This document shows positions 10,879 to 20,053 of a DNA stretch of 32,000 nt, in pieces. Positions within the stretch are counted from its first letter, which is position 1. Each line of letters opens with the position of its first letter. A model generated the notes under the pieces. The model worked only from the letters and a program-made list of their open reading frames with translations. It searched no databases and was not told the DNA's origin. The position numbers and the translations under genes were made by a program. This DNA is from Nitratidesulfovibrio vulgaris str. Hildenborough (GTDB lineage: Bacteria; Desulfobacterota; Desulfovibrionia; Desulfovibrionales; Desulfovibrionaceae), in NCBI RefSeq assembly GCF_000195755.1, contig NC_002937.3:2700001-2732000 (forward strand), in the 5' to 3' direction.

Positions 10879-12264
10879 CTAGTGCTGTGGCAGGAAGATG
10901 CTGAACACCGTCCCTTCACCGGGTGTGCTCGCCACATCGATGCTGCCTCCATGCTGCTCGACGATGGCCTTGCACAGCGAAAGGCCCAGTCCATGACCGG
11001 ATGGCCTGTCACCGCGACCGACGCGGAAGAGCTTGTCGAACACGCGGGCAAGATGCTCCGGGGCGATGCCTACGCCCGTGTCGGACACGGCGATGACCAC
11101 CCCACCCACCGTCGCCGCGCCCTCGACCCGCACCGAACCACCGGGTGTGAACCTGAAGGCGTTGTCCAGCATGTTGAGCAGCACAAGACGCAGCCGTTCC
11201 CTGTCCGCCTCCATCTGAAGCGACTTGGGGCATGCCACCGAAAGGGCTATTCCCTCGCCCTCGGCCAGTGGTGCGAAGAACTCCTCCACCTCCTCCAGCA
11301 GGTCGCGCATGGGGAAGCTGGTACGCCGAAGCTGCATGGTACCCGATTCGGCTTCAGACAGGTCGAGCACCATGCCCACCATCTGTACCAGCCTGTCGTA
11401 TTCCGAGAGTTGCCGGGCGAGAAGGTCGCGGCATTCCTCGACGGATGCGCCCTTCAGCAGGGTCATCTCCGCCTGTGTGCGCAACCGCGTCAACGGCGTG
11501 CGCAAATCGTGGGCCACATTGTCGAGCATCCTTCGCATGTTCTCGATGAGCGAATCGATGCGAGAGAGCATCAGATTGAACGTGGCTGCCAACAGGTCGA
11601 CCTCGTCCCCGTTGCCGGTGCGTTGGACCCGCGCCGTAAGGTCACCCCTGTAGATGCGTAACGCAGCCTCGCGCACGCGCGACACACCGAGAAGCGACGT
11701 GCGCGTGGCGGCTGCCCCCGCAAGCAGCGCGAGCACGATGCCGGGGAGGAAGCACAGGGCGGCAGCTCGCCCGAGCATGGTCAGCGTCGTGCGACTGGTG
11801 AAGTCGCGATGGCCCACCTGCACGATGGTGCCATCATCGAGGCGCCCCGTCACAAGGCGCAATTCGACCCCGCTCACCACCCCTTCGACGATGAGGTTGC
11901 GTCCCACCATATCGGCCGGGGTGGCGTCCATGACGGAGAGGAACTCCGTCCAGTCTTCGGGCGAGGGGAGCATCTCGTCGGATTGCGGTGTGACAAGGCG
12001 TACGATAAGGCGCCGCGACCCAATGAGATTGATGATTTCGAGTGCGGCATCGTAGCGTTCCTCGTCCGTGGCCTCCTTCACGGCCGTGAACTGCCGCAAC
12101 GCCTCACGGGCGATGTCCATGTCGCGCCCTTCAAGGGTACGCTGCATGTAGCCGTACACCGCCAGACTGAAGGCCAGTGCAGACACGCAGAAGAACAGTG
12201 CGTGGATGATGGCCAGCCGCGCAACGAGACGGCTATGCCACGGCGTCTGCGAGTCCGAAGACAT
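10879..12264 (-). CDS. Sensor histidine kinase (two TM segments, HAMP, HisKA, HATPase_c), CusS/CopS-like
   Basis: Start taken at ATG 12264 (MSSDSQTPWHSRLVARL...), which overlaps the regulator gene by 32 nt. H-box AHDLRTPLTRL. G-boxes VSDTGVGI and GHGLGLSL. Confidence 0.85.
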   Translation of the reverse strand: MSSDSQTPWHSRLVARLAIIHALFFCVSALAFSLAVYGYMQRTLEGRDMDIAREALRQFTAVKEATDEERYDAALEIINLIGSRRLIVRLVTPQSDEMLPSPEDWTEFLSVMDATPADMVGRNLIVEGVVSGVELRLVTGRLDDGTIVQVGHRDFTSRTTLTMLGRAAALCFLPGIVLALLAGAAATRTSLLGVSRVREAALRIYRGDLTARVQRTGNGDEVDLLAATFNLMLSRIDSLIENMRRMLDNVAHDLRTPLTRLRTQAEMTLLKGASVEECRDLLARQLSEYDRLVQMVGMVLDLSEAESGTMQLRRTSFPMRDLLEEVEEFFAPLAEGEGIALSVACPKSLQMEADRERLRLVLLNMLDNAFRFTPGGSVRVEGAATVGGVVIAVSDTGVGIAPEHLARVFDKLFRVGRGDRPSGHGLGLSLCKAIVEQHGGSIDVASTPGEGTVFSIFLPQH

Positions 12265-12913
12265 AACCCACGCCGCGCATGGTATGAATGACCCTCGGGG
12301 CGCCGTTGCGCTCCGTCTTCTCGCGAAGCTGGCATATCTGCACGTCGATGATGTTGGAACCGGGCATGAAGTCATAGCCCCACACCCGCTTCACGATCAT
12401 GTTACGGGTGACCACCGTGCCCGCGTTCTCCATGAGCAACAGCAGCAGCGCGAACTCTCGCCCCTTGAGGTCCATCTCGCACCCGTCGCGATAGGCCTTG
12501 CGGTGCACGAGGTCGAGCATGAGCCCCGAATGGGTGAGCGACATGGGCCTGCCCGCACTGCGACGGCGCAACGCCGCAAGCCGCGCCAGCAACTCGGAGA
12601 TGGCGAAGGGCTTGGTGAGATAGTCGTCACTGCCGCTTTCGAGATGCCGCACCCTGTCCTCTACGGATTGACGGGCGCTGAGCACCAGAACAGGCACGGT
12701 GTCGCCCCGCTCACGCAATTCGTGCAGCAGGTCGGCACCATCACCATCCGGCAGCATGAGGTCGAGAACGATGGCGTCCCACGCCCCGCTGCCCGCCTTC
12801 TCTCTGGCTTCATCCAGCGTGGAGGCCACCATCGCCTCGTTTCCCGCGTCCACAAGCGCCTGCGCCGTCGTCGCGGCTATGGTGGCGTCGTCTTCGACGA
12901 TGAGTATGTTCAT
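12233..12913 (-). CDS. OmpR-family DNA-binding response regulator, CusR/CopR-like
   Basis: ATG 12913 is preceded by GGGAGGG. Motifs: MNILIVEDD...IVLDLMLPDGDG...DDYLTKPF, and winged helix LDLVHRKAYRDG...REFALL...TMRGVGYVF. Confidence 0.9.
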   Translation of the reverse strand: MNILIVEDDATIAATTAQALVDAGNEAMVASTLDEAREKAGSGAWDAIVLDLMLPDGDGADLLHELRERGDTVPVLVLSARQSVEDRVRHLESGSDDYLTKPFAISELLARLAALRRRSAGRPMSLTHSGLMLDLVHRKAYRDGCEMDLKGREFALLLLLMENAGTVVTRNMIVKRVWGYDFMPGSNIIDVQICQLREKTERNGAPRVIHTMRGVGYVFGLADAVA

Positions 12914-13109
12914 GAATCCCTCCCGTGCGCGCACTCTGCTTCGCTTGCGACGACGATGCACATTATTTGTTCATAAGCCTCGTGCCGCATGCCACGGACT
13001 GACAGCCCGACGTGCCTCGCCATCGGAATGCACTCTACGCCATGCGCCTTCGCCGGAAAAGAGGATACCGGTGAACAGGTACTGTCCCGCATACATCTTT
13101 ACAGAACGC

Positions 13110-13124
13110 TGGCAGGCGCATAGC
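13110..13124 (+). promoter_or_regulatory. Candidate sigma54 (-24/-12) promoter upstream of the DUF438 gene
   Basis: TGGCAGGCGCATAGC has GG and GC at the canonical 12-nt register (consensus TGGCACG-N4-TTGC), about 120 nt upstream of ATG 13242. No enhancer-binding protein gene is present in the window. Confidence 0.3.
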
Positions 13125-13241
13125 CTGTAGAATCATCCATCCGACGCAATCCGGAGGCCGCATGGCGAAAAGGCACGACTTCGCGTCTCTCCGGTCAGGC
13201 TTCATGCCCCCATTCACGAACAGGTGTAGCAAGGAGGATTC

Positions 13242-14807
13242 ATGCTGCTTTCGGCTACCACATCCATACATGACCTCGTCACATCGCATCCCTATCTCAT
13301 CGAAGTGCTGGCAGACTACGCACCAGCCTTCGCCAAGCTGCGCAACCCGCTGCTTCGCAACACACTGGGGCGTGTGGCGACCCTCCAGCAAGCCGCAGAC
13401 CTAGCGGGGCTTGAACTCACCGGGCTCATGGCCCACCTCGCACGCGCCATCATGGAGCATACGAAAGAGGCCGTAACGCTCGTCCCGCGCGGGGCCGAAA
13501 CGCCCGCACATGCCGTGGCGGACGGTGACAGCGGTTGCGGAGGCTGCACACCCCGCCCCGCAGAAGGCAACACGGCGGACCGCGCTACGCGCCTTGCGAC
13601 ACTGCGTGCCCTGCTGGAGAGACTGCACCAGGGAACACCACTGGCCGACCTCAAGGAGGCCTTCGCCTCTGCCGTGGGTGGCATCTCCGCAGCAGAAGTC
13701 GCATCGCTGGAGAAAGAACTTGTGGCCGGAGGCGTTGCGGAGACGGAAATCAAGAGGCTGTGCTCGCTGCACGTGGACATCTTCCGCGAGGCCCTCGCAC
13801 CGCAACACGTGCCGGACATGCCGCCCGGACACCCCGTGCACACCTACCGCGCCGAAAACGCGGAGGCGACACGCATCGCCGACGAAATCATCAGTCAGAT
13901 AGACAGGATGCGCAGCGTACCCGGCGACACGGAGTCGCCCCTCGACGAACTGGCGTGGTCGTTCAGCCGCCGCCACGTGGCCGACCTGCTTGCCGACCTT
14001 GCCCATGTCGAACGCCATTACACGCGCAAGGAGATGCAACTCTTCCCCATGCTCGAGGAGAACGGCATCGAAGCCCCTCCGAAGGTGATGTGGGAGGTGC
14101 ACGACGATATCCGCAGTCTGCTTCGCAAGGCCCGCGAGACCGTGGAAGGCCCCTCGCCCGTGGCCGCCGCGACCGTGGCGCGTGATGCGGCACTTGCCGT
14201 GAAAGACATGGTGGACAAGGAGGAGACGGTGCTCTTCCCCATGGCACTGGAAAGCCTGACCGAAGCGCAGTGGGGCCGTGTCAGGCACGGCGAGGATGAA
14301 ATCGGCTATGCGTGGGTGACCCCCGAAGGGGAATGGACGCCGCAGGCGGCGGACACTCCGGAATCCCTGACGATGGAAGGGGCTGCTACCGGGACACCTG
14401 ACCGGGTGACGCTGGGGACGGGTACCCTCACCGTGGAGACCCTCGACCGCATGCTGCGCACCCTTCCCCTCGACCTGTCCCTTGTCGATGCCGAAGACCG
14501 GGTGGCCTACTACACGGACTCGACGCACCGCATCTTTCCCCGCAGCGCCGGAGTCATCGGGCGTAACGTGCGCAACTGCCATCCGCCCAAGTCGGTACAT
14601 ATGGTCGAAGAGATCCTGGCCCGCTTCAAGACCGGAGAACGCGACGAGGCCGCCTTCTGGATAGAACTCGGAGGGCGCTTCCTGCACATTCGCTACTTCG
14701 CCGTACGTAGCGACGAAGGCCGTTATCTCGGTTGTCTTGAAGTCGCACAGGACGTGACGGACATCCGGGCCCTCAGCGGTCAGCGGAGGCTGCTCGACTG
14801 GAATTGA
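13242..14807 (+). CDS. DUF1858 / hemerythrin-like / DUF438 / PAS-domain protein
   Basis: 521 aa with AAGGAGG RBS. The N-terminus TSIHDLVTSHPYLIEVLADYAPAFAKLRNPLLRNTLGRVATLQQAA is DUF1858-like. Central HHE-type segments (HVERHYTRKEMQLFPML, WEVHDDIR). The C-terminus LDLSLVDAEDRVAYYTD...RNVRNCHPPKS is the DUF438/PAS_10 signature. Confidence 0.85.
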   Translation: MLLSATTSIHDLVTSHPYLIEVLADYAPAFAKLRNPLLRNTLGRVATLQQAADLAGLELTGLMAHLARAIMEHTKEAVTLVPRGAETPAHAVADGDSGCGGCTPRPAEGNTADRATRLATLRALLERLHQGTPLADLKEAFASAVGGISAAEVASLEKELVAGGVAETEIKRLCSLHVDIFREALAPQHVPDMPPGHPVHTYRAENAEATRIADEIISQIDRMRSVPGDTESPLDELAWSFSRRHVADLLADLAHVERHYTRKEMQLFPMLEENGIEAPPKVMWEVHDDIRSLLRKARETVEGPSPVAAATVARDAALAVKDMVDKEETVLFPMALESLTEAQWGRVRHGEDEIGYAWVTPEGEWTPQAADTPESLTMEGAATGTPDRVTLGTGTLTVETLDRMLRTLPLDLSLVDAEDRVAYYTDSTHRIFPRSAGVIGRNVRNCHPPKSVHMVEEILARFKTGERDEAAFWIELGGRFLHIRYFAVRSDEGRYLGCLEVAQDVTDIRALSGQRRLLDWN

Positions 14808-14834
14808 GGCACGGCCCCCGATAACGGATGAAGA

Positions 14835-14874
14835 GCCCCTGTCGCGCCATCGTCATGTTGGCGTGACAGGGGCT
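14835..14874. terminator. Hairpin between the convergent DUF438 gene and the phage-like cluster
   Basis: GCCCCTGTC...GACAGGGGC arms (9-10 bp) around a ~21-nt loop, 28 nt after the DUF438 stop. No strong U-tract. Confidence 0.4.
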
Positions 14875-14952
14875 TGCTCCGTCTCTGCGGTCCGGCCTGT
14901 CGTGCACCGGAGTCCTCGCGATGCGCTGCCGGACGACAGTATGCCATCTCCC

Positions 14953-15462
14953 CTACACCGGATAACTCACGACCACGGCATCCAGCACCTCGACGGCAGC
15001 TGCGGCGGCGACGGCGGCAAGCAGTTCATCCCGGCGCGCGACCAGCTTCTGCCGGGCATACTCAAGCCCGGTGAGGTCGGTCGCAGCGAGCAACGCGGCT
15101 TCCACGGCCACCGTGGTGGGGGTGGGGTCGGAGATGGCGACCACTCCGGCAAGGGCCGCATCGTGCCCTGCCCGGATGGCAACCAGCTTCGCAGTCTTGG
15201 CCTGTTCCAGCGTCAGGGGCGGGGGCGGTGCATCGGCAGCGGCACGGGCCGACTCCCACGCGGCGAGGGCTGGCACCACCAGTGCATCGTACTCGGCTTG
15301 GGTCACCGGGGTGTTCGGTGTGCCGTCGGTGTGTTCCACCCATCCGGTGCGTCCGTCCCACTGGATGGCGTGCACGTGCCCCGGCAGGGTGAGGCTCACG
15401 TCGAGGCCCCGCCCATCCACGATGACGAGGCTGTCGGCGGGTACGATGGTCACTCTAGGCAT
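14953..15462 (-). CDS. Phage hypothetical protein (tail-fibre-associated, DUF4376-like C-terminal half by eye)
   Basis: 170 aa from ATG 15462. AGGAGG lies upstream. It overlaps the preceding gene by 8 nt and is the last gene of the cluster. No TM helix. Confidence 0.6.
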   Translation of the reverse strand: MPRVTIVPADSLVIVDGRGLDVSLTLPGHVHAIQWDGRTGWVEHTDGTPNTPVTQAEYDALVVPALAAWESARAAADAPPPPLTLEQAKTAKLVAIRAGHDAALAGVVAISDPTPTTVAVEAALLAATDLTGLEYARQKLVARRDELLAAVAAAAAVEVLDAVVVSYPV

Positions 15463-15793
15463 GGGGCACCTCCTGTAGGGCGATGGTGCGGGGATGCGCG
15501 GTCGCGCCCGCTGCGTTGTCCGCGCCGAGGGCGGCGAGGGTGATGGCCTGTGACGCCTCTGCCGCACGCACCATCTCGTTGCGCAGCGATTCGGTAGCCG
15601 CCGCGCCCTGCCGCACCTGCTGTGCGTTCTCGATGAGCAGCACGGGCAGCCACGCCAGCGAGCATCCCCACTCGTCGATGTCCGCCCCGGTCTGCGGGTG
15701 CGTGCCGCGCAACTGCGTGAACAGGGCGCAGTCCAGTTGTCTGCATTCAGCGAAGCCCGCGAGCGGGCACAGGTTCTTGCGTTGCATCTGCAT
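15455..15793 (-). CDS. Phage hypothetical protein, Cys-rich N-terminus
   Basis: 112 aa. The ATG lies 2 nt after the tail-fibre stop. Motif CPLAGFAECRQLDC...DEWGC. No convincing TM helix, so it is not an obvious holin. Confidence 0.5.
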   Translation of the reverse strand: MQMQRKNLCPLAGFAECRQLDCALFTQLRGTHPQTGADIDEWGCSLAWLPVLLIENAQQVRQGAAATESLRNEMVRAAEASQAITLAALGADNAAGATAHPRTIALQEVPHA

Positions 15794-15795
15794 AG

Positions 15796-16848
15796 CTAGT
15801 CCTTGGTGGCGATGATGACGTCGATGTAGGCGAGGCGCAGGTCGAGGCCGTGGGTGTGTGAACCGTTGCTCCCCTGCGTGCCGGTGACGAGTTGCGTCGA
15901 GTTGGTGGCCCCGGTGCCGTTGTCGGTGGTGCGGATGACCTGAATGCCGCCGCCTGCGTTACCGGCCCTCCTCACATAGGTGCCTACAGAGTCGATGACC
16001 TCGTGTGCGTGCCCCGGCATCTGCGAGGCGACCAGCGTCGTCGAGTCGACCATCGTACGGCTAAAAATTGAAGAGAAACCCGTGACGCCACCACTCGCCA
16101 CAGCCCCGGAAACCACGCGCAACGCCCTGTCGTTCATGGTCGTGTCCTTCGTCCAGCCCGTGGGGGCCGTCGACTGCTGAAACAGCAGGCGCGTTCCGGC
16201 GGGAAAGGGCTTCACGCCTTCCAGCCCGTACCCGCCGCCCACCGATACAACCACGGCCTTGCCTGCGGCCTCGGCGACAGGGATGGGCAGGATGCGGCTT
16301 GCCGCCTCGTCCCGTGCTGCCTCGGCCCCCGTCTTCGCCGCTTCCGCCCCTGCCCGCGCGACCTCTGCCTCGGCCTTCGCCGCAAGTGCCGCCACAGAGC
16401 TTGTCATGGATGCGGAGACGGATGCATCCAGCTTCTGGAGCAAACCGTCAGGATTCACGTCGGCATGGATGCCGACCTTGATGCACCTCGCCAACTCGTC
16501 ACGCAGTTGCTGCGCCATGAGTGTGAGACGGTCGCACGCCTGTTCCAGCACTTCGGCATCGAGCACCCCGGTATTCCGCAAATCCACATCTTGCGTGAAC
16601 GGCTGGTCGAGCCAGATGGTGAGCCGTTGCCCTTCCGGTACGGAGCACTCGACAATGCCGCCGCCGAAACCCTCATCGCAACGGACGACATAGTCCCGTC
16701 CCTGCTCGAGAAGGACCAGCTCACCCTCGTCGGCACTCAGCCCCGCGCGGACATGCTCGGGCCGGAAGAACGCAAACCCCACCGGCCACTGTGTCTGAAC
16801 GCCATCGCCCCTGTAATGCTCGACTGTCGGCCTTGATACGATCGTCAT
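15796..16848 (-). CDS. Phage tail fibre protein with C-terminal tail-collar-type domain
   Basis: Start set at ATG 16848, 6 nt after GGAGGT; the GTG at 16854 abuts the RBS. The N-terminus VEHYRGDGVQTQWPVGFAFF is typical of short-tailed-phage fibre adaptors. Ala-rich coiled coil AKAEAEVARAGAEAAKTGAEAARDEA. C-terminal motifs APTGWTKD...SQMPGHAHEV...GSHTHGL are collar-like. Confidence 0.8.
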   Translation of the reverse strand: MTIVSRPTVEHYRGDGVQTQWPVGFAFFRPEHVRAGLSADEGELVLLEQGRDYVVRCDEGFGGGIVECSVPEGQRLTIWLDQPFTQDVDLRNTGVLDAEVLEQACDRLTLMAQQLRDELARCIKVGIHADVNPDGLLQKLDASVSASMTSSVAALAAKAEAEVARAGAEAAKTGAEAARDEAASRILPIPVAEAAGKAVVVSVGGGYGLEGVKPFPAGTRLLFQQSTAPTGWTKDTTMNDRALRVVSGAVASGGVTGFSSIFSRTMVDSTTLVASQMPGHAHEVIDSVGTYVRRAGNAGGGIQVIRTTDNGTGATNSTQLVTGTQGSNGSHTHGLDLRLAYIDVIIATKD

Positions 16849-16963
16849 GGGCACACCTCCGTATGCCGTTCATTCTCCATAAGGGCAGCGTAAAGAATCC
16901 GGCACGATGCCCCCCACCACCGGAAGTCCGGCGCCGTTCCTGTCCTCGTCCGGCCCTGTCCCG

Positions 16964-17437
16964 TCATCGCGCAGTCCTACCTATGACCAGTCCGGTACGC
17001 ATGGCCCGACGAAACCTGTCCGCGTCATCCTCGGCGGGAGAGAGCAGCGACTCCGCCCGCCAGCGCGCCATGTCCGCACCATACCGGGCATCGGCGGCCC
17101 GGCGTCGCGTCTCATGTTCCGTGACCGCCGCTTCGGCCCCCGCCTGTTCCGAGGCGTCCACGAGCACATCGAGTGCGCTGCCCGAAGCCATCTCCACGCC
17201 AGACGCCGCCAGCATTGAGCGCGTGCGCCCCGCCGTCCGCGACGCCTCGTCGCGCTGTGCCTTAAGCCTTCGCTCACCTTCCGACTCGATGAGGCGTGCC
17301 CTGTTCTCCTGCTCGTCGGCACTGCGTCCGTAAGCCTCTGCCTGACGGTGCCGTGCACGTGCGGCACTGTCGTCGAACAGGTTCATGCCCGTCTGCACAA
17401 GCGAGCCCACGAGGGCCCCCCCAATATCTCCGCACAT
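16964..17437 (-). CDS. Internal virion protein, T7 gp14-like
   Basis: 157 aa from ATG 17437, with GGAGGGG RBS. Begins MC as T7 gp14 does. The block LAASGVEMASGSALDVLVDASEQ resembles the gp14 GESMLEGSSMDRI region. It sits immediately before the tail fibre gene. Confidence 0.6.
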   Translation of the reverse strand: MCGDIGGALVGSLVQTGMNLFDDSAARARHRQAEAYGRSADEQENRARLIESEGERRLKAQRDEASRTAGRTRSMLAASGVEMASGSALDVLVDASEQAGAEAAVTEHETRRRAADARYGADMARWRAESLLSPAEDDADRFRRAMRTGLVIGRTAR

Positions 17438-17958
17438 GGCGTCACCCCTCCGGTCATACATGGATGCATGAGAGCCCCCTCCGCCCCCACGGGGCGCACA
17501 GGAGCAAGAAAAAGCCCGCACCGTGCCAGCCACCGCTCCATGGCGGGGTACGCGGCAAGTTGCGCGGGCGACAGGACGTTGACGAGTACCGGCCACACGG
17601 CACGCAGGCGGGCCGCGAACAAGGGCGCAAGCCGGGCCAGCGCCCGGCCTGCACGGTCGAGTGCCGGCGTGCCATACAGCCATACGGCGGCGACCCCCGG
17701 AAACTGCGCATACGGCCGTGCCCCACCCAGCGCGATGCACCGCCCATCGTGCAGCATCGCCCAGCGGACGGGTGAAAGGGCGAACGCGCGTGCCGCCGCA
17801 GCCTGTGCCGCCCTGCCCGAAGCCTGTTCCATCTCCGACGCATCGGTCTTGCGTAGCCGCGGTAGCACTTCGCGCAGGTGACACCTGCGGGCGGGCACCA
17901 CCCGGTAGCCGCGCATGCCCGTATGGACGCCCCGGCATTCCGCGATGACATCGCTCAT
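17383..17958 (-). CDS. Phage protein in the T7 gp13 position (possible GNAT-like fold)
   Basis: 191 aa. ATG 17958 overlaps the upstream TGA as ATGA, with GGAGGCGGGAGAG upstream. Its tail overlaps the next gene by 55 nt. Function is inferred only from position and the C-terminal pattern ...VLVNVLSPAQLAAYPAMERWLARCGLF. Confidence 0.55.
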   Translation of the reverse strand: MSDVIAECRGVHTGMRGYRVVPARRCHLREVLPRLRKTDASEMEQASGRAAQAAAARAFALSPVRWAMLHDGRCIALGGARPYAQFPGVAAVWLYGTPALDRAGRALARLAPLFAARLRAVWPVLVNVLSPAQLAAYPAMERWLARCGLFLAPVRPVGAEGALMHPCMTGGVTPCAEILGGPSWARLCRRA

Positions 17959-20052
17959 ATCTCTCCCGCCTCCACGTCGAAGGCCACGGCAAGCACCGTG
18001 CACGGCAACGGGTCGTGCTGACGCAACACCACCGTGGCGCTGTCCCCCGTCATGGCGTCGAGTGTCACTTCGCGCTCTCCGCTGAACAGGGACGGCGCGG
18101 TCCCGGTCACATCGCGGGCGGTGCGGAACGAAAGCTCACGCAACCTCGTCGCGTCCGGCCCGGCATGCAGCCCAAGCGACCGATGCAGGCGCACCCGCGC
18201 CCTTGTCGCCCGCATGGGCCTGCCGCCCCCGGCGATTTCATTCCCCGCAACGCCGAAGGGCATGGGCACGAGTTCGCTCATGAAGGGCAACCCCGCATGG
18301 ATGACCGAAGCCGGGCGGTCGAGGCGCACCCTGCCTTCCGCAACGACCTGCGGGGGATGGACGGCACCGTCGGCAAGGAGGTGCACCGTGCGCCCTTCAA
18401 GATGTTCCAGCCCGCCCACTTCGACCACGGGGTCACCCCGGTATGAAAGGCCGGAGTCGACGAAGAAGGCCTCGACAGCTGCGGTGTCGCCTTCGCCGTA
18501 GCCCGCGCCAAGGTTGTCGCCATCGAAGGGCGGGTCGAGACGCTCGATGCAGCACCGCACCATGCCGCCGCCCTCACGGCGCACGGCGACCCACAACTCG
18601 TCGCCCGCCGTTCCGGGGATAGTGCAGACCGAGAGCACCGCCCCATCCGTGACATGACGATGCCAGCCTGCCACCTCGTGTTCGGGGATGCGCGTCATGG
18701 CGATGAGCCCGCCGTCTTCAGTGACGCACCACACCGTGCCTGAAGGCGATTGCTGCCACGCCCAGTCGATGATGCGCCGCCCGCGTGTGAGATGTTCCGC
18801 GAGGATGGTCAGGTCGGTTCCGGCATAGCCGTCCACATCAAGGCTGTAGCGGAACTCGCGTACGACGCGCCCCCCCGTTGCAAGGCCAGCACGGCATCCC
18901 CGACGGAGAGAGGCTGCACGTCGCCCGACCCCCTCGACGACTGGCGTTCGAGCGAACACGACAGGGGCGAGAACGGCTGCTCGCCCTGACCGGAGAGCGT
19001 CCACTCCCCGCCCCCCGTCCCCACGAGCAACCTGCGGGCGGGCATGAGCCAGCGCACCGCGCTGACTGTATCGGCAGCGATGGTCACGGTGACGGCGTCG
19101 TCGTCGCGCAAGGGACGCGAGACGGAGAAGTTGCCGTAGGCCCCCGAACGGCTGGCCCATATGGTCTGCGGCCCGTTGCGCGTTCCGGCGAAGCAGAGAC
19201 GCTGCTGCCAGAAGACCGCGCACGAGGGCCAGTCGCCTTCGCCGGAGAACGGGTTGCGGGCTTCGGGCGGCCCGGCGTCGAAGTCAGGGGTGCGCCCCGT
19301 GTCGGTATAGGTCTCGCCAGCCCCGGCACTGCCCAGAAAACCGTACACCGAAGCGCCGCCGCCCGCCCGGTAGACACGGTATTCGCCCGCATCCTGAACG
19401 GGCGTCCACGCCAGCGTCACACTCGCCGTCTGTGACAGGGCATCGGGCCCCGTCACCTGTAGCTGAGGGGTGGGCAGACTCTCCTCACCCGATTCGCGAT
19501 GCACGGCGGTGACCACATACGTCCATGTCCGGCTGCCTGCGGGCTTGACCGTGCAGTGCAGGCCTTCAGGCGGCGACACACCCGGCAGGAACGACACATC
19601 CACCAGCCGCCAGTCCGCATGCCCATGACGTTCCAGCCGACGCGGCGGCCCCGCATGGCTGACGAGGTAGAGCATGTCCGCGGACTGGCACCAGCGCAGC
19701 GCGGTCAGCTGTTCGCCCGCCCATGGGGTCTCAAGCCGGAACGGTTCGCCATCGCCACCCAGCACAAGTCCACCACCGTGCCATATGCGTAGCGAACGCG
19801 GCCCGAATTCAAGGACATACGCCTGCGCCTCGCTGAACACGAAGGGGATGAGGCGCACCGGGCCTGCCGGGTCTGCGGCCAGCCCATGAAACGTAAACCC
19901 GGCCTGCGCCATGCCCCGCCGTGGGGGTGCAGCAACATGTTGCACAGGCTGGCGCATCCGTTGGGATAGCGCGCCTGATCGACCCGTGCGGCCATGAGCG
20001 GCGAGAGTTCCCCGGCGTTGAAACTGTTCCTGACGATGGTCGCGCGCGCCAT
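17955..20052 (-). pseudogene. Tail tubular protein B (T7 gp12-like), split into three reading frames by two 1-nt frameshifts
   Basis: Segment A runs from 20052 to about 19885 (MARATIVRNSFNAGELSPLMAARVDQARYPNG...RRPG). Segment B runs to the G7 tract at 18870-18876. Segment C runs to 17955. Adding one G to the G7 tract joins B and C as ...LALQRGGRVVREFRYSLDVDGY.... Reconstructed length is about 698 aa. Confidence 0.7.
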
Positions 20053-20053
20053 G

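Noticed and set aside
14808-14952. Attachment-site direct repeats at the left (14808-14952) and right (30861-31377) edges of the phage-like cluster.
   Set aside because: I could not find a shared repeat of 10 nt or more by eye, and no tRNA or integrase is present. This check is not exhaustive without a computed self-alignment.
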